Of a stretch of 64,000 nt of DNA, positions 39,601-52,845 are shown in pieces. This stretch comes from Botryllus schlosseri (Eukaryota). Both the position numbers and the translations under genes were made by a program. Numbering within the stretch: the first letter of the stretch is position 1; each line of letters begins with the position of its first letter. The notes beneath the pieces are model-generated. The model saw only the letters and a list, made by a program, of their open reading frames with translations, did no database searches and was not told where the DNA came from. The stretch lies in the NCBI GenBank assembly GCA_051294905.1, contig CM119372.1, forward strand, positions 13,270,001 through 13,334,000. The letters are read 5' to 3'.

Positions 39601-41039
39601 CATCACATCACCGGATTGTATCTGTTTCGCTGGATACGAGTTATGTTAGTTTAACAGTAAACAAATTTCACCCTCTTGGATTATGAACTCAATGCGTTAG
39701 CAGTCATTCAATATTTTGTTTGTGTCAACTAGTTACTTGGTATGTTACTCCACAACTCTTACAAAAGTACGAAGGATATTAACATCGCACTAAGTAATTA
39801 ACTTTACTCGATATTCTCGCATTACGAAACTAAAGAATGGTTGGTTAGACTCTACAAACTGTTTCGATATCACAAGACCTTTATTGTCTGAATGGGTGTT
39901 CATGTGTCTTAAGAACCAAATAGTTCAACACAGCACTAGTACCAACAGAAACATCAGAGTTGTTTACACAAAAGTTTGTATGCGTGCAGTATGCGAATAC
40001 CATGTGTAAGTCCAGCACAATTGTGGTATCCATCCGGGTTTAGTTAACACAATTTACGACACCGAGGTCACCTCATCTTTCGTAAGACAACAAACCAACC
40101 AAGGTTTCAGGATATGTCCATGTCATAGCAATAAATCAGCTACTCCAACAACAGAGTACATATGTTTTCTAGTTACGGTGCTTACATCTTACACACAAAT
40201 CAATCTACTTTGCTAACAAAAAGTGCTGGGTCATCAAGTGATTGCCCTAGCAACAAAACAGCTAAACGTACTATCATACAAAATGACCGTTATAGTCACC
40301 AACGGTACATGGTACAAGTAACAAGTCTCGAGAATCCAGTTATTGAAAAAACATGAAAGTGTTTCTCCTGCGCCAAGTCGTTATGTTGACGAAAGCGTAT
40401 ATTGTAATATCATGATCGATTTGCATTCGTTGGTCACAAAATGTCACAACTCTAAATAATTATTTTTCACTCAAACACAAACGCATACTTGTCGCCAATC
40501 GTTTTCATCAAGCACGAGTTCAAGAAACCTGCTACGACATGAATTCCGATTTAGTTTTACAAATATTTTATAATTGTTTTTAGTAACACTATATCAATGT
40601 CATCAAGTTGAGTGTTTACGATATTGGTGTGTAGGTGTGTGTCATACTTGGGGGATCCGTATTACAATTGACTCGAATTGACTAAATGTAAGAAGGGTTG
40701 AAATGTTTCGAATCGATTCATAAGTGGTCTTCGTTGTGGTTTTCGTCGGACATACAGCACGAACTAACTGTAGACTCCTCTCTGTTGTACAGCTACTCGG
40801 TAATCGAAATGCATTAACATGTAAACAACGATCTTGTTTCGTCACACCAAAAATATGTTCACTGTCGCGATACTCTGCACAAGACGTGCATAGCCTTTTC
40901 ACACTCGTAATAGTATACCAACGTCAAGCGATAACGTTTAACAAGACCAACGACACTGAACCCACGACGTTTACCTATGTAAAATTACCACTTTCACTTG
41001 CCAGTCCATCGTTTACCTGACTAAACATATTATTTTCCT

Positions 41040-41530
41040 TTGGAGATCTGACGTTTACCCAGAGTAAGAAACCATTTTCACTTGTAAATATATTTTTTCC
41101 CCGGCTAACAAACCTTTTTTCACTTGGAAATATATTTTTTTCCTGAGCAACAAACCTTTTTCACTTGGAAATATATTTTTTCTCTGGTTAACAAACCTTT
41201 TTCACTTGGAAATATATTTTTTCTCTGGGCAACAAACCTTTTTCACTTGGAAATATATTTTTTCCCCGGGTAACAAACCTTTTTCCCTGAGCAACAAACC
41301 ATTTTCACTTGGTGGTCCGTCGTTTACCCGAGTAAAAATATCATTCTCCTTTGGAGATCCGGCGTTTACCCAGTGTAACAATACATTTTCACTTGGAAAA
41401 ATACTTTTACCTAGAGTAACTAATCATTTTCTCCTGGGTAACAAACCCTTTTCGTCTGGAAACTATCATTTAACTGAGTACCAATACCGTTTTCACTTGG
41501 AAACACATTTTTTACCTGGGTAACAATACC
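41040..41530. repeat. About 38-bp minisatellite inside the palindrome arm
   Basis: Repeats of TTTTCACTTGGAAATATATTTTTT..GGTAACAAACC; mirrored at about 43825-44315. Confidence 0.88.
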
Positions 41531-44500
41531 ATTTTTGTTTTGAAAACTGACAACCACACCGGCCAATTTGATATTTTTGTATATTGTTACATCGGTCAGT
41601 GACAAAATATACACCAACAACGACTCCGATACATTTGTGTAATCGCATACTCATTTGCTCTGGCGCAGTCCCATCAAAATCGACGGTTAGCCACACACAC
41701 ACACAAACACAATAACAACGCGCTATTTCGATATGACTGCGATGTCCGGGTTCATGCTTTAGATTTTCCAGAACCAATCCGTCTAAAGTTGTAATCCCCC
41801 ACCTTTGTTAACTGGTTGATACACGGATAACAATCTTCGGAAAATGTAGGAACGCATACTACCCATCGTGCTAACGATTCCAGGTTACTTGTGATTAATT
41901 TCCTTGCTCACCCTATACAGATTATACGTACAGCGATATGTAGTGGTAATCGGTTTGGTCAATACATATCGCCCCATTCAGTATGGAATTACAAACCCAA
42001 TACAGGTCAGTTCATAACCGGATCCGGATATTCAATGCAAAGCGATAAAGCAGAACCAATGACCAAATGTAATTAAACATGTAGATTCACAACCCTTGAT
42101 TTTTTTTTCGTGAAAAATGACAATACATATCGAATATATATTATACGATGGTTCAACCCTGCCAAGTATTCACGTAAATGTGGTTTATGACATTACATAC
42201 AATGTATCAGTGTATCAATGTTGGGTGTTTATGCACACATCGGTATGACCCATAGACAACATCATCATACCCTCCAGGACTTCGTTATTGCATCGTGAGG
42301 TCAATAAAATCAATCGGTGGCATAGACGACAGAAGGCTTGGAGATCCAATGTAAAATTCAGACAAACAAACGGATATATTTGTCCATCTTGGTTATTCAC
42401 TCAACTACCATTGGTGCTCTCGATACAGCGAACGGTATAGTATGCAACGCATATCATTACAGTGATATATCCACAGATAAATATGGGGCCTGGCCACAAT
42501 AATTGTATCGAGATTTAACCCAGATTACTCTCCGTTCACTGATTCACTCGATGGTTTTAGCAACTTGTAACAACACAAGATAGATACGACTGGAATTACT
42601 AATATTCATAATGTTTATGATAAGTGTCGTTACCGATCGTTCACTAAGTCGATATGAATATTCGAAAAATCGGATATCACTACTCTCAACACAAGTGATT
42701 CGGTTTAAGTTTAAAATCGATTTGATAATGTAATCCAAGGTGTGTTTCTGTGGGATCTGCTAACCTTTACGAGAGAGTACTGTCTCTTTGACACATGAAA
42801 CAATTATTATCAACCACACCTTGCGTGCATCGATTTGTCGGCGTCGTACAATTATTGTGGCCAGGCCCCATATTTATCTGTGGATATATCACTGTAATGA
42901 TATGCGTTGCATACTATACCGTTCGCTGTATCGAGAGCACCAATGGTAGTTGAGTGAATAACCAAGATGGACAAATATATCCGTTTGTTTGTCTGAATTT
43001 TACATTGGATCTCCAAGCCTTCTGTCGTCTATGCCACCGATTGATTTTATTGACCTCACGATGCAATAACGAAGTCCTGGAGGGTATGATGATGTTGTCT
43101 ATGGGTCATACCGATGTGTGCATAAACACCCAACATTGATACACTGATACATTGTATGTAATGTCACAAACCACATTTACGTGAATACTTGGCAGGGTTG
43201 AACCATCGTAAAATATATATTCGATATGTATTGTCATTTTTCACGAAAAAAAAATCAAGGGTTGTGAATCTACATGTTTAATTACATTTGGTCATTGGTT
43301 CTGCTTTATCGCTTTGCATTGAATATCCGGATCCGGTTATGAACTGACCTGTATTGGGTTTGTAATTCCATACTGAATGGGGCGATATGTATTGACCAAA
43401 CCGATTACCACTACATATCGCTGTACGTATAATCTGTATAGGGTGAGCAAGGAAATTAATCACAAGTAACCTGGAATCGTTAGCACGATGGGTAGTATGC
43501 GTTCCTACATTTTCCGAAGATTGTTATCCGTGTATCAACCAGTTAACAAAGGTGGGGGATTACAACTTTAGACGGATTGGTTCTGGAAAATCTAAAGCAT
43601 GAACCCGGACATCGCAGTCATATCGAAATAGCGCGTTGTTATTGTGTTTGTGTGTGTGTGTGGCTAACCGTCGATTTTGATGGGACTGCGCCAGAGCAAA
43701 TGAGTATGCGATTACACAAATGTATCGGAGTCGTTGTTGGTGTATATTTTGTCACTGACCGATGTAACAATATACAAAAATATCAAATTGGCCGGTGTGG
43801 TTGTCAGTTTTCAAAACGAAAATGGTATTGTTACCCAGGTAAAAAATGTGTTTCCAAGTGAAAACGGTATTGGTACTCAGTTAAATGATAGTTTCCAGAC
43901 GAAAAGGGTTTGTTACCCAGGAGAAAATGATTAGTTACTCTAGGTAAAAGTATTTTTCCAAGTGAAAATGTATTGTTACACTGGGTAAACGCCGGATCTC
44001 CAAAGGAGAATGATATTTTTACTCGGGTAAACGACGGACCACCAAGTGAAAATGGTTTGTTGCTCAGGGAAAAAGGTTTGTTACCCGGGGAAAAAATATA
44101 TTTCCAAGTGAAAAAGGTTTGTTGCCCAGAGAAAAAATATATTTCCAAGTGAAAAAGGTTTGTTAACCAGAGAAAAAATATATTTCCAAGTGAAAAAGGT
44201 TTGTTGCTCAGGAAAAAAATATATTTCCAAGTGAAAAAAGGTTTGTTAGCCGGGGAAAAAATATATTTACAAGTGAAAATGGTTTCTTACTCTGGGTAAA
44301 CGTCAGATCTCCAAAGGAAAATAATATGTTTAGTCAGGTAAACGATGGACTGGCAAGTGAAAGTGGTAATTTTACATAGGTAAACGTCGTGGGTTCAGTG
44401 TCGTTGGTCTTGTTAAACGTTATCGCTTGACGTTGGTATACTATTACGAGTGTGAAAAGGCTATGCACGTCTTGTGCAGAGTATCGCGACAGTGAACATA

Positions 44501-47500
44501 TTTTTGGTGTGACGAAACAAGATCGTTGTTTACATGTTAATGCATTTCGATTACCGAGTAGCTGTACAACAGAGAGGAGTCTACAGTTAGTTCGTGCTGT
44601 ATGTCCGACGAAAACCACAACGAAGACCACTTATGAATCGATTCGAAACATTTCAACCCTTCTTACATTTAGTCAATTCGAGTCAATTGTAATACGGATC
44701 CCCCAAGTATGACACACACCTACACACCAATATCGTAAACACTCAACTTGATGACATTGATATAGTGTTACTAAAAACAATTATAAAATATTTGTAAAAC
44801 TAAATCGGAATTCATGTCGTAGCAGGTTTCTTGAACTCGTGCTTGATGAAAACGATTGGCGACAAGTATGCGTTTGTGTTTGAGTGAAAAATAATTATTT
44901 AGAGTTGTGACATTTTGTGACCAACGAATGCAAATCGATCATGATATTACAATATACGCTTTCGTCAACATAACGACTTGGCGCAGGAGAAACACTTTCA
45001 TGTTTTTTCAATAACTGGATTCTCGAGACTTGTTACTTGTACCATGTACCGTTGGTGACTATAACGGTCATTTTGTATGATAGTACGTTTAGCTGTTTTG
45101 TTGCTAGGGCAATCACTTGATGACCCAGCACTTTTTGTTAGCAAAGTAGATTGATTTGTGTGTAAGATGTAAGCACCGTAACTAGAAAACATATGTACTC
45201 TGTTGTTGGAGTAGCTGATTTATTGCTATGACATGGACATATCCTGAAACCTTGGTTGGTTTGTTGTCTTACGAAAGATGAGGTGACCTCGGTGTCGTAA
45301 ATTGTGTTAACTAAACCCGGATGGATACCACAATTGTGCTGGACTTACACATGGTATTCGCATACTGCACGCATACAAACTTTTGTGTAAACAACTCTGA
45401 TGTTTCTGTTGGTACTAGTGCTGTGTTGAACTATTTGGTTCTTAAGACACATGAACACCCATTCAGACAATAAAGGTCTTGTGATATCGAAACAGTTTGT
45501 AGAGTCTAACCAACCATTCTTTAGTTTCGTAATGCGAGAATATCGAGTAAAGTTAATTACTTAGTGCGATGTTAATATCCTTCGTACTTTTGTAAGAGTT
45601 GTGGAGTAACATACCAAGTAACTAGTTGACACAAACAAAATATTGAATGACTGCTAACGCATTGAGTTCATAATCCAAGAGGGTGAAATTTGTTTACTGT
45701 TAAACTAACATAACTCGTATCCAGCGAAACAGATACAATCCGGTGATGTGATGTTGGTTAATATCCATTTTGTAAAGATTGAGTAAATCCTCTTCCGTCA
45801 GGTGGGTGTGGTTCAAATCAATAGCATGTTACACATAAACATCATTTGTATTGAGGGTGATATTGTTGAGTGATGATGCCGCAACAACACAACAAGTATT
45901 ATTTTGTATCGGGTGTTTGTGCTTTAGGAATAGCGAAGTGTGTGATATTTTGGATATCTGTGTTCGGCTGAAACTAGGGTTGTCCTTGGGTCTTGTGTTG
46001 GGTAAATCAGAATTATGTCTAGAATTCAAGCACGTCCAAGTAACGTCTTTTAGTGACAGAGTATTGTGATGACATTTACTTTAGCGAATGACAACGGAAA
46101 AATTTCCAATTTCTCTGATCGTGTGTGTGTGTGTGTTTTACAAATAATTCCAGTACACCTAACTATAGGACACATTTAGTAAACATCGTGCAAATTGTTT
46201 CTTTGTGATGGTAACGACTTTCGGCGGCTTAGTTTCATGTCGGGAATTATTATTTGAGGGTTCAAAAACAATTTCAATCAATACTACAAATGAACAACAA
46301 TACAAAACACGTTTAGTGAATTATAGTGTAGCAAGTACTTTTTCGATATTACGATTGTTGTGCACCAGACATTTCTAACTGAATTGAATGCATCTAGCAA
46401 ACATATTCCAATTTACTTTTGTAATGATCAAAGTATGTGAAATGGTGCGAACGGAGTAGGTATTAATCAAGCGGTGGTATGTCAATTCACCTAGAGTGAT
46501 ATCTTGACACCGGGTAATGTGCGAAAGTGTTTCAATTCTCACCACAGATTACGATGATAAAGTATTGTGCCGGTTATTGTTCAACAAAGGAAATTGTTGT
46601 TTCATCTTTAGTCTTGGTTACTGGAGGCAATTACATTTGTAAAATATTTCCTGATATCCACAATACGCTGCGTGGTTTTTACGAACATGGGTTAAACCTC
46701 CTCATCAAAACATTTCAGATATGTTAATCTAGTTTCACAAATCGATGTGTTAATAACAATGTTTCTGAAAAGTTTGTTGGTATCGTAATAGCCTTCAACA
46801 CAGCCTGGTCTAATAATGTCATAATTTAATAATCAAGTCATGATCGACTATTACAAAATCTCATATGTCAAAATCAATGTGTCAATTCATATGTTTACAT
46901 CGTGAAAATTTTCAATATAACGCCTGCGTTCGATTGTAAGAAATGAATTCTCAACTACATGGGTCGGATATTCAAATCCGGTATACTCAAATGTAATATG
47001 TTAATCTCAAACCATACACCGAGTAGTATTTACTTTGGTTTATGAAATATACCGAGTAGTAATTACTTTATCTTACAGAATAGTAACGACTTTTGAAGTT
47101 GAACAAAAATACGATTTGGTGGACTATGAGTACAACCGAACTTGCTATGGATTTTGGATTATGGTGATTACTCGCGTAGTCTTGTCTACTTTTCATAAGG
47201 ATACTTTTTGCTTTGGTTGGGTAAGTTACAAACGGATTGACTTGACAAGGCTTTTTTGTATTTTACTCTTTTGTGTATGGGAAGATGTTAAAATGTTGAG
47301 ACATAATACTATTTCCGTTCTCTCGATTGCAACAAAAAATAACCTGCTAGTTTGTTCAAGGTTTCGACAAATAGATTGAAATATTCCGATTTAACTCATC
47401 GCGTCACAAGTCGATCGCGGTATGCACAAGTGGTTGTCAAGTTAGAAATATTTACAACAGGTGCTATTTCATTGATTGATTCTATTGTGTGTAGTAACAC

Positions 47501-50500
47501 ATTAAAATATCGCGATAGTATTTACTGAAACTCTATTTGATAAACGGAAAACTCGGTCGTGAATAGAGTTGTAAGTTTCAAGGATTGTTTCAAAGTATGA
47601 TCTTGAAATGTGACTGGATCAAAGTTGGTAGTCATGTTTGTCAAAGTCCAAATATTTCATTTTGGATTATCTGGATTTACCTTTAGTACATCCCGCGAAT
47701 GGATTCCGATGCGGTACTATAACATTTTTGATAATAATGACTCAAGGATTTTCAATCAACAATACTGGAATTTTTTGGTGATGCTAGAGTTGCCAAATGA
47801 TTAGTTGCGTGTTTTTGTTAAGTGTTTGATTTCAAGTTAATAAAGACAATAACTGTGTAATGCACATACTTGTGATTCTTGATTCTTGTAGAGTTATAGT
47901 TGGTATTGATTCTATAAGTGTGAAAACAGTGGCGCGGAATGCGCGAATAATTCGATGCGGCTGAAAGTCCGCGTCAGTAATATTCGGGTTACGTTCGATT
48001 CAACAAAAACGCGTTAAGGGATTTGTCAAAGGATTAGAGTTGTACCGATTTAAAACATTCAGATACGAATCGACTTGATTTGTGTAGTGAGTTTCATTTC
48101 AAGTTGATAAACTAACACATTGATTGAATATTTTCATGGATCTTATCACGCAACTAAAGTCAGCCACTATTCTGGAGGCGTGAAACATATAGCGATCGCG
48201 GGCGAGTGACAAATTGTCGGTTTTCGAACCACCCCCTGCGACGGCTCTGTGACAAAATAATTACCAAAATATAATTCTGCGAGTGATGCTTACGAATATT
48301 TCACCGCGTGAGCGATCGATGTGCCTGTAACACCAAGTCGCGAAAGATGGTTATGTCCGAGACATTATCTTGTCAGCGATCGCGGGGTTTTGCAAACTAT
48401 TTCACACATTTTTGAAGTGTTAGTTTGTGAACGCGGTTATTGCTGATATTCGAATCGCCGTCTACGCCGGCTCTGTGGTAAACTAATTACCAAAATATTA
48501 CCTTGGAAGTGACTCCTAGATTTAGCAAACTATTTCGCACTGAATGGATTAGTGTAATAATCGATAGTAGCACGCATTTGGCCGGGAAACAATTCCGCAC
48601 GCAGGTCATTCGAAATATAGGTCGCACGCACTGCATAAATCCTCTTACAAGCCACGTTTCCGTTTGTGCGGTTATTGTTGGTGACTCGTGCATATTCAAC
48701 ACCACGCGAGAGATACCTGAAAGTGCGAATCACCGCCACGCCCGTAAGAACACATGGTAAATCACCACAGAACCCGTAAGAATACACGACAGGCGAATCA
48801 CCGCCCCCGCCTATAGCAAAAAAGGCGAGTCACCACCCCGGGTTTTCAGGCACCTCACCGCCGCAGCCTATACCCGAAAAGGCGAATCACGACCGCACCC
48901 ATAAGACGCAATAGCCGCTCACCAACCCCGCCATGAGACGCAATAGCCGCTCACCACCCCCACCATAAGAAATAAGAGCCGCTCACCACTCCCGCCATAA
49001 GACGAAAACGTTAGTTCGCCACCCCCGCCATAAGACGAAAACGTTAGTTCGCCACCCCCGGTTTCTCGTTAGCTCGCCACCCCGCCCATAAGACGAAAAC
49101 GTTAGTTCGCCACCCCCGCCATAAGACGAAACGTTAGTTCGCCACCCCCGCCATAAGAACCAACGCCAATGTGCGAGCGATCGACTATACTACTAGCGTC
49201 GCTCCAAGACAAGCTACATATTATTGAATTACAATGATCGTTATGTCGAATAGATATTGCGTGATGATCATCCTACTAAAGAGCAGAAAATTATTTCCAG
49301 GTTCAACAAATTGATAAAAATATTCATATAACTTCTACCTACATTCTCAGAGTCTACGATTTTAAAACTCCCTTGGTAGTTTACGGAGTTGAAGTTACGA
49401 TTACGATAAGCGAAATGCAAGTAGTTGTAACAACGCGACTGCGATAGAATAGTATTCGTTTTTAGGATATTTAGATTGGAATAATCATTATTATTTTCCT
49501 TCATATACGCGCATTGCGCAACTTTGTTGTCTTTAAATAGATGTCGGCCTGGCTGGGTGAGTCATGAATCACAATTTGAGATATGAACAATTGAACGTAG
49601 ACAGTGAGTGATTTTCTAAGGTATGCAATCAATTTGACAAATCGAAAGAAGGACCATTGTCATGATTCTGGCAAAACTGGCAAAGTATGGAAAAGTATGG
49701 AAGTATGGAAAACACGTTCCATACCATACTTGGGAAATTTCCATACCATACCATACTTGCACTCTTCCATATTCCACACTGAAATTCCGTTCCATACCAT
49801 ACTTCCATACCGTACCATACCATGCCCTGGTCGCAGTCGCGATTCACTTGGTCTTGAGAGAGCCCTTATGGTCTGTCGATATACCGGTTCCATTACCTGG
49901 TTGAAGTGAAATATTCCACACTTTCTTTTATCTCTTACATGTATAATTGTATACTCTCAGGTAGTACATTTCGCCACCGTGAAGAAATTGGAGGGAGCCT
50001 TAAATGATGGTTCTTAACGAGAATTTGCACGTTTCTCTTACAGGCCATTATATTTATCTTTACTATCTTCATATTATACAAAGTATTATCTGGGATATAT
50101 AGTTGATATATAACAATTGTTTCGTCATTAAATGTATTTTTGGACTGTTTTCATGTTCTCTGTACAAGTTGTAACGCATTGAAAGTAGCTGAAGGCGGCC
50201 CCTCTCTCTCTCTCTCTCTCTTTTGTGGCCAAGCGAACGATCTGAGCTAGATTATACCATTTAATTCACGGGTGTGAAACTCACATGCATTTTGACATTC
50301 TTGGTGTTGCATTAGGACGATATCTTCGTCATTCACTGTCGATAATCGAACCAGGCAAATTCACATTGTTTGTGATTACATCAGGTTCCGGTTCGTTTGT
50401 ACACGAACTTCAACAAGAGGTTCGACGTGAATACTAACATCTGACGTTACAATGCTATTTCAAACACTCTTCCGTAAGGGGTGGTTATATCCAAATGTAT

Positions 50501-51178
50501 ATTTTAATCGGCACAATTTAAATCTGATAATGTTACGTTTTGGACAACTACTGTACTGCCTCCCCCAGCTATTGTACGTGCCGGTAGTTTGGTCGAAGAG
50601 CAATACGGAGAAGTTGTGTCATACTTTGCGCGATTAGTAAACGATAATAAAAAATATGGCTGATCATAAAAATGCCATATAGTGTAGCTTATTTTCGCAA
50701 AATAGAGGCATCTTTCTTTTTTTTCTTCATTTAGTCACGAGCACTGATTGTCTTGTTTTACAAATTAGGGGTTTAAACACTTATATCACGCAACAATTTG
50801 AAGCACGGGCTCGTAGGCTCCTCGACTCCACGTGATCCGCGCAAGCGGTGTCTTAGAAAAGCCTAGAAGTGGGCCGTGCTACAAGTCGGTAAATATCGGC
50901 CTTGTGTAAAATGAGATGACCAATGTAGTCGAAACACCATGAATATCATAAACAACAAGCACAGACTTTGTAAATGTGACAATGGCAACATAAAAAGGCT
51001 TGAACGAAACTTATGGAAACAGTGACACACTTTGTTACATTCGGCTCATTGATATATATATCATTGATTGACTATATTTTGAATCTGGATTGCTCATAGG
51101 ACGTACGGGAGGCTACGTATTGCGGCACATAAATAAACAGGCTTCGCAGTGAACGAGTGTCCGGTTCAGTTCATATAT

Positions 51179-51576
51179 TAGGGTTACCATACGTCTTCTT
51201 TTAATAGGATTTGGCCTCTTTTTTGACTTTTTTCAAAGTGTCCTCGGAGGACGCCCTTTTGTCCTCTTTTTTGAGAATTTTGGTCATATATATAGCAAAA
51301 TCCGACTGAGATGCCGTAAATCAGCACCGAAGTGACGCTCTGGCGACTATTTCGGGAGCGGAGCGTAAAGTTGACCTTTTTTTTTAGTCAACCACCCGAC
51401 ATGCAATGCGAGTGGAAAAACTGTATTTTGGGCACCGAAAGTTGACCTTTTTTCTAGTCAACCGACCACGGAGTGGGTAAAACTTACCATTTTTTGAGAA
51501 CTCTCCTGCGGTTTTGCAAGTCTGAAAATTCTGAAAAAGTGTCCTCTTTTTAGATTTCCAAAATATGGTAACCCTA
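51179..51576. mobile_element. hAT-like MITE (family of 13991-14322)
   Basis: TAGGGTTACCATA...TATGGTAACCCTA termini; internal similarity to the reverse complement of 13991-14322. Confidence 0.85.
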
Positions 51577-51869
51577 TTATATAGCGTTATAGCCTATATG
51601 ATTAACATTCAAAAGTAGGTTTTACTTCTGGATTCCAGGTAACATCTCGCGGGTCGCTCATAATGGCGTCGCTGGCCGCACATTTCCTAGGTTTGATCTA
51701 GAAAGATATAAATATTTGGATATGAAATTTCAATGTTGAAATGAGTAAGTAAATTTTGGATTTAAAGTTAGGAAACGTAGGCCTACTTCAAATTTGATTC
51801 CAGAAGAAACAAGTTAGATGTCAAATTTGGCTTTATGCGTGGACTGACCTTATTTGGCACGTAGCTACT

Positions 51870-52220
51870 GGGAATAACGTCAAAGCGTTTGCAGGAACCA
51901 ATGATATGCAGGAACACATAAATCAGCATGTCCTAAGATTTATTTGAACACGCATATCACGCTCAGTGAAAAGCTCATCCGCTCAAGATTGATGCGGAAC
52001 AAACAAAGGCCATAAATTCTGCAATTGGCAAACACTCGTTCGATAATCCCGCCGGCACGAAACCGTTATCGGGATGGCAGGTTTCGCGTCGTCGGAAGCG
52101 GTCGGAATGGGCCGTTCACACTTTCATTTGTGTGCCTTGGAGGTGACTTCTATCAAAATACACCAGCCAAGGCTGTGTCAACAAAAAGAGTTCGTGTACC
52201 ATCTAAAAATAGTACATTGA
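51870..52220 (+). pseudogene. Penelope-like retroelement GIY-YIG endonuclease C-terminal remnant
   Basis: Frameshifted fragments GITSKRLQE / HINQHV / SAIGKH..DNP / RYRDGRFRVV / FHLCALEVTSIKIHQPRLCQQKEFVYHLKIVH* resemble the 3' end of Penelope-type ORFs. Confidence 0.75.
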
Positions 52221-52845
52221 ACGCTCTAGTATTCGACATTTCGTGCTGGTGACGTCATATTTTGTGATATGATTATTGATATACGACTTTCTTCTGAATT
52301 CTCTACTATAAATGCTAACGATTACCCCTGACGAGTGTCAGCCGAAAATATTCGGGTTCATTCAATATGAATATACTGTTCAATACTAGCCAGTCTTCAT
52401 GATTACCGGACCACGACCTAACATCGACCTCGCCCTCCGCCACATGCCACCCCATTTAGTCGCTTGCGTCTTATATTCTCTGCATTACTTTTCATTCAGT
52501 GTGCATGCCTCTTATTTACTTCGCCTAGGCTAAGGTGGGTGGCTGATCTTAACGGCTACTCCAAGTTGTTTCGACACCTTCCTATCTTTTCATTGTATCG
52601 CAGTCTTGTGATGTTTTGAAACGATGAAAATATTAATAAACCTGATTGATTGATTGTATATTGAAGTTCGGTACCTCCATGAAGCTGACCTTATTCTGCA
52701 TGCAATCACGCCAACCTTGTAGGTTCTTCTGAGCTACGCTACGTATATATTGGCCTTGGCGTAAAGAGTACTTGCAAAACAGTGAGCGGAAACAAACGAT
52801 CTTTATCTTGCAAATTCCAGACCACCGGTCCTCATTGTGTCTCCT

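Larger units (their letters stand above)
36102..49194. mobile_element. Polinton/Maverick-type element in the form of a 13.1-kb palindrome (non-autonomous)
   Basis: Termini AGTAGTATAGTCGATCG.../...CGATCGACTATACTACT; perfect 6-bp TSD AGCGTC (36096-36101, 49195-49200); arms 36102-42507 and 42847-49194 are reverse complements (mirror coordinate sum 85354 over most of their length, also visible in the mirrored ORF track); 339-bp spacer; no intact long ORF. The palindrome is directly observed; the Polinton assignment rests on termini and TSD only. Confidence 0.85.
34001..49829. mobile_element. hAT-like element (CCATA/TATGG-repeat ends) hosting both palindromic elements
   Basis: Ends CAGGGCAT..TGGAATGG / CCATACCATGCCCTG with pentamer CCATA arrays at both ends; TSD GTCGAAGT (33993-34000) / GTCGCAGT (49830-49837). 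Confidence 0.75.

Noticed and set aside
43260..43330. GHW motif as a Polinton/adenoviral cysteine protease relic
   Set aside because: No accompanying FDSFG or Q..CG motifs; too short to support.
42795..47200. Long frames in the palindrome arm interrupted only by TGA, suggesting TGA=Trp recoding
   Set aside because: Overlapping different frames show the same behaviour, and each arm has a TAA in the best frame. The read-through peptides resemble nothing recognisable, so strand composition is a sufficient explanation.
36102..49194. Giant inverted repeat as a long-read foldback assembly artefact
   Set aside because: Different flanks on each side, an exact 6-bp TSD, transposon-type termini, a unique spacer and arm differences argue against it. 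Only raw reads can fully exclude it.
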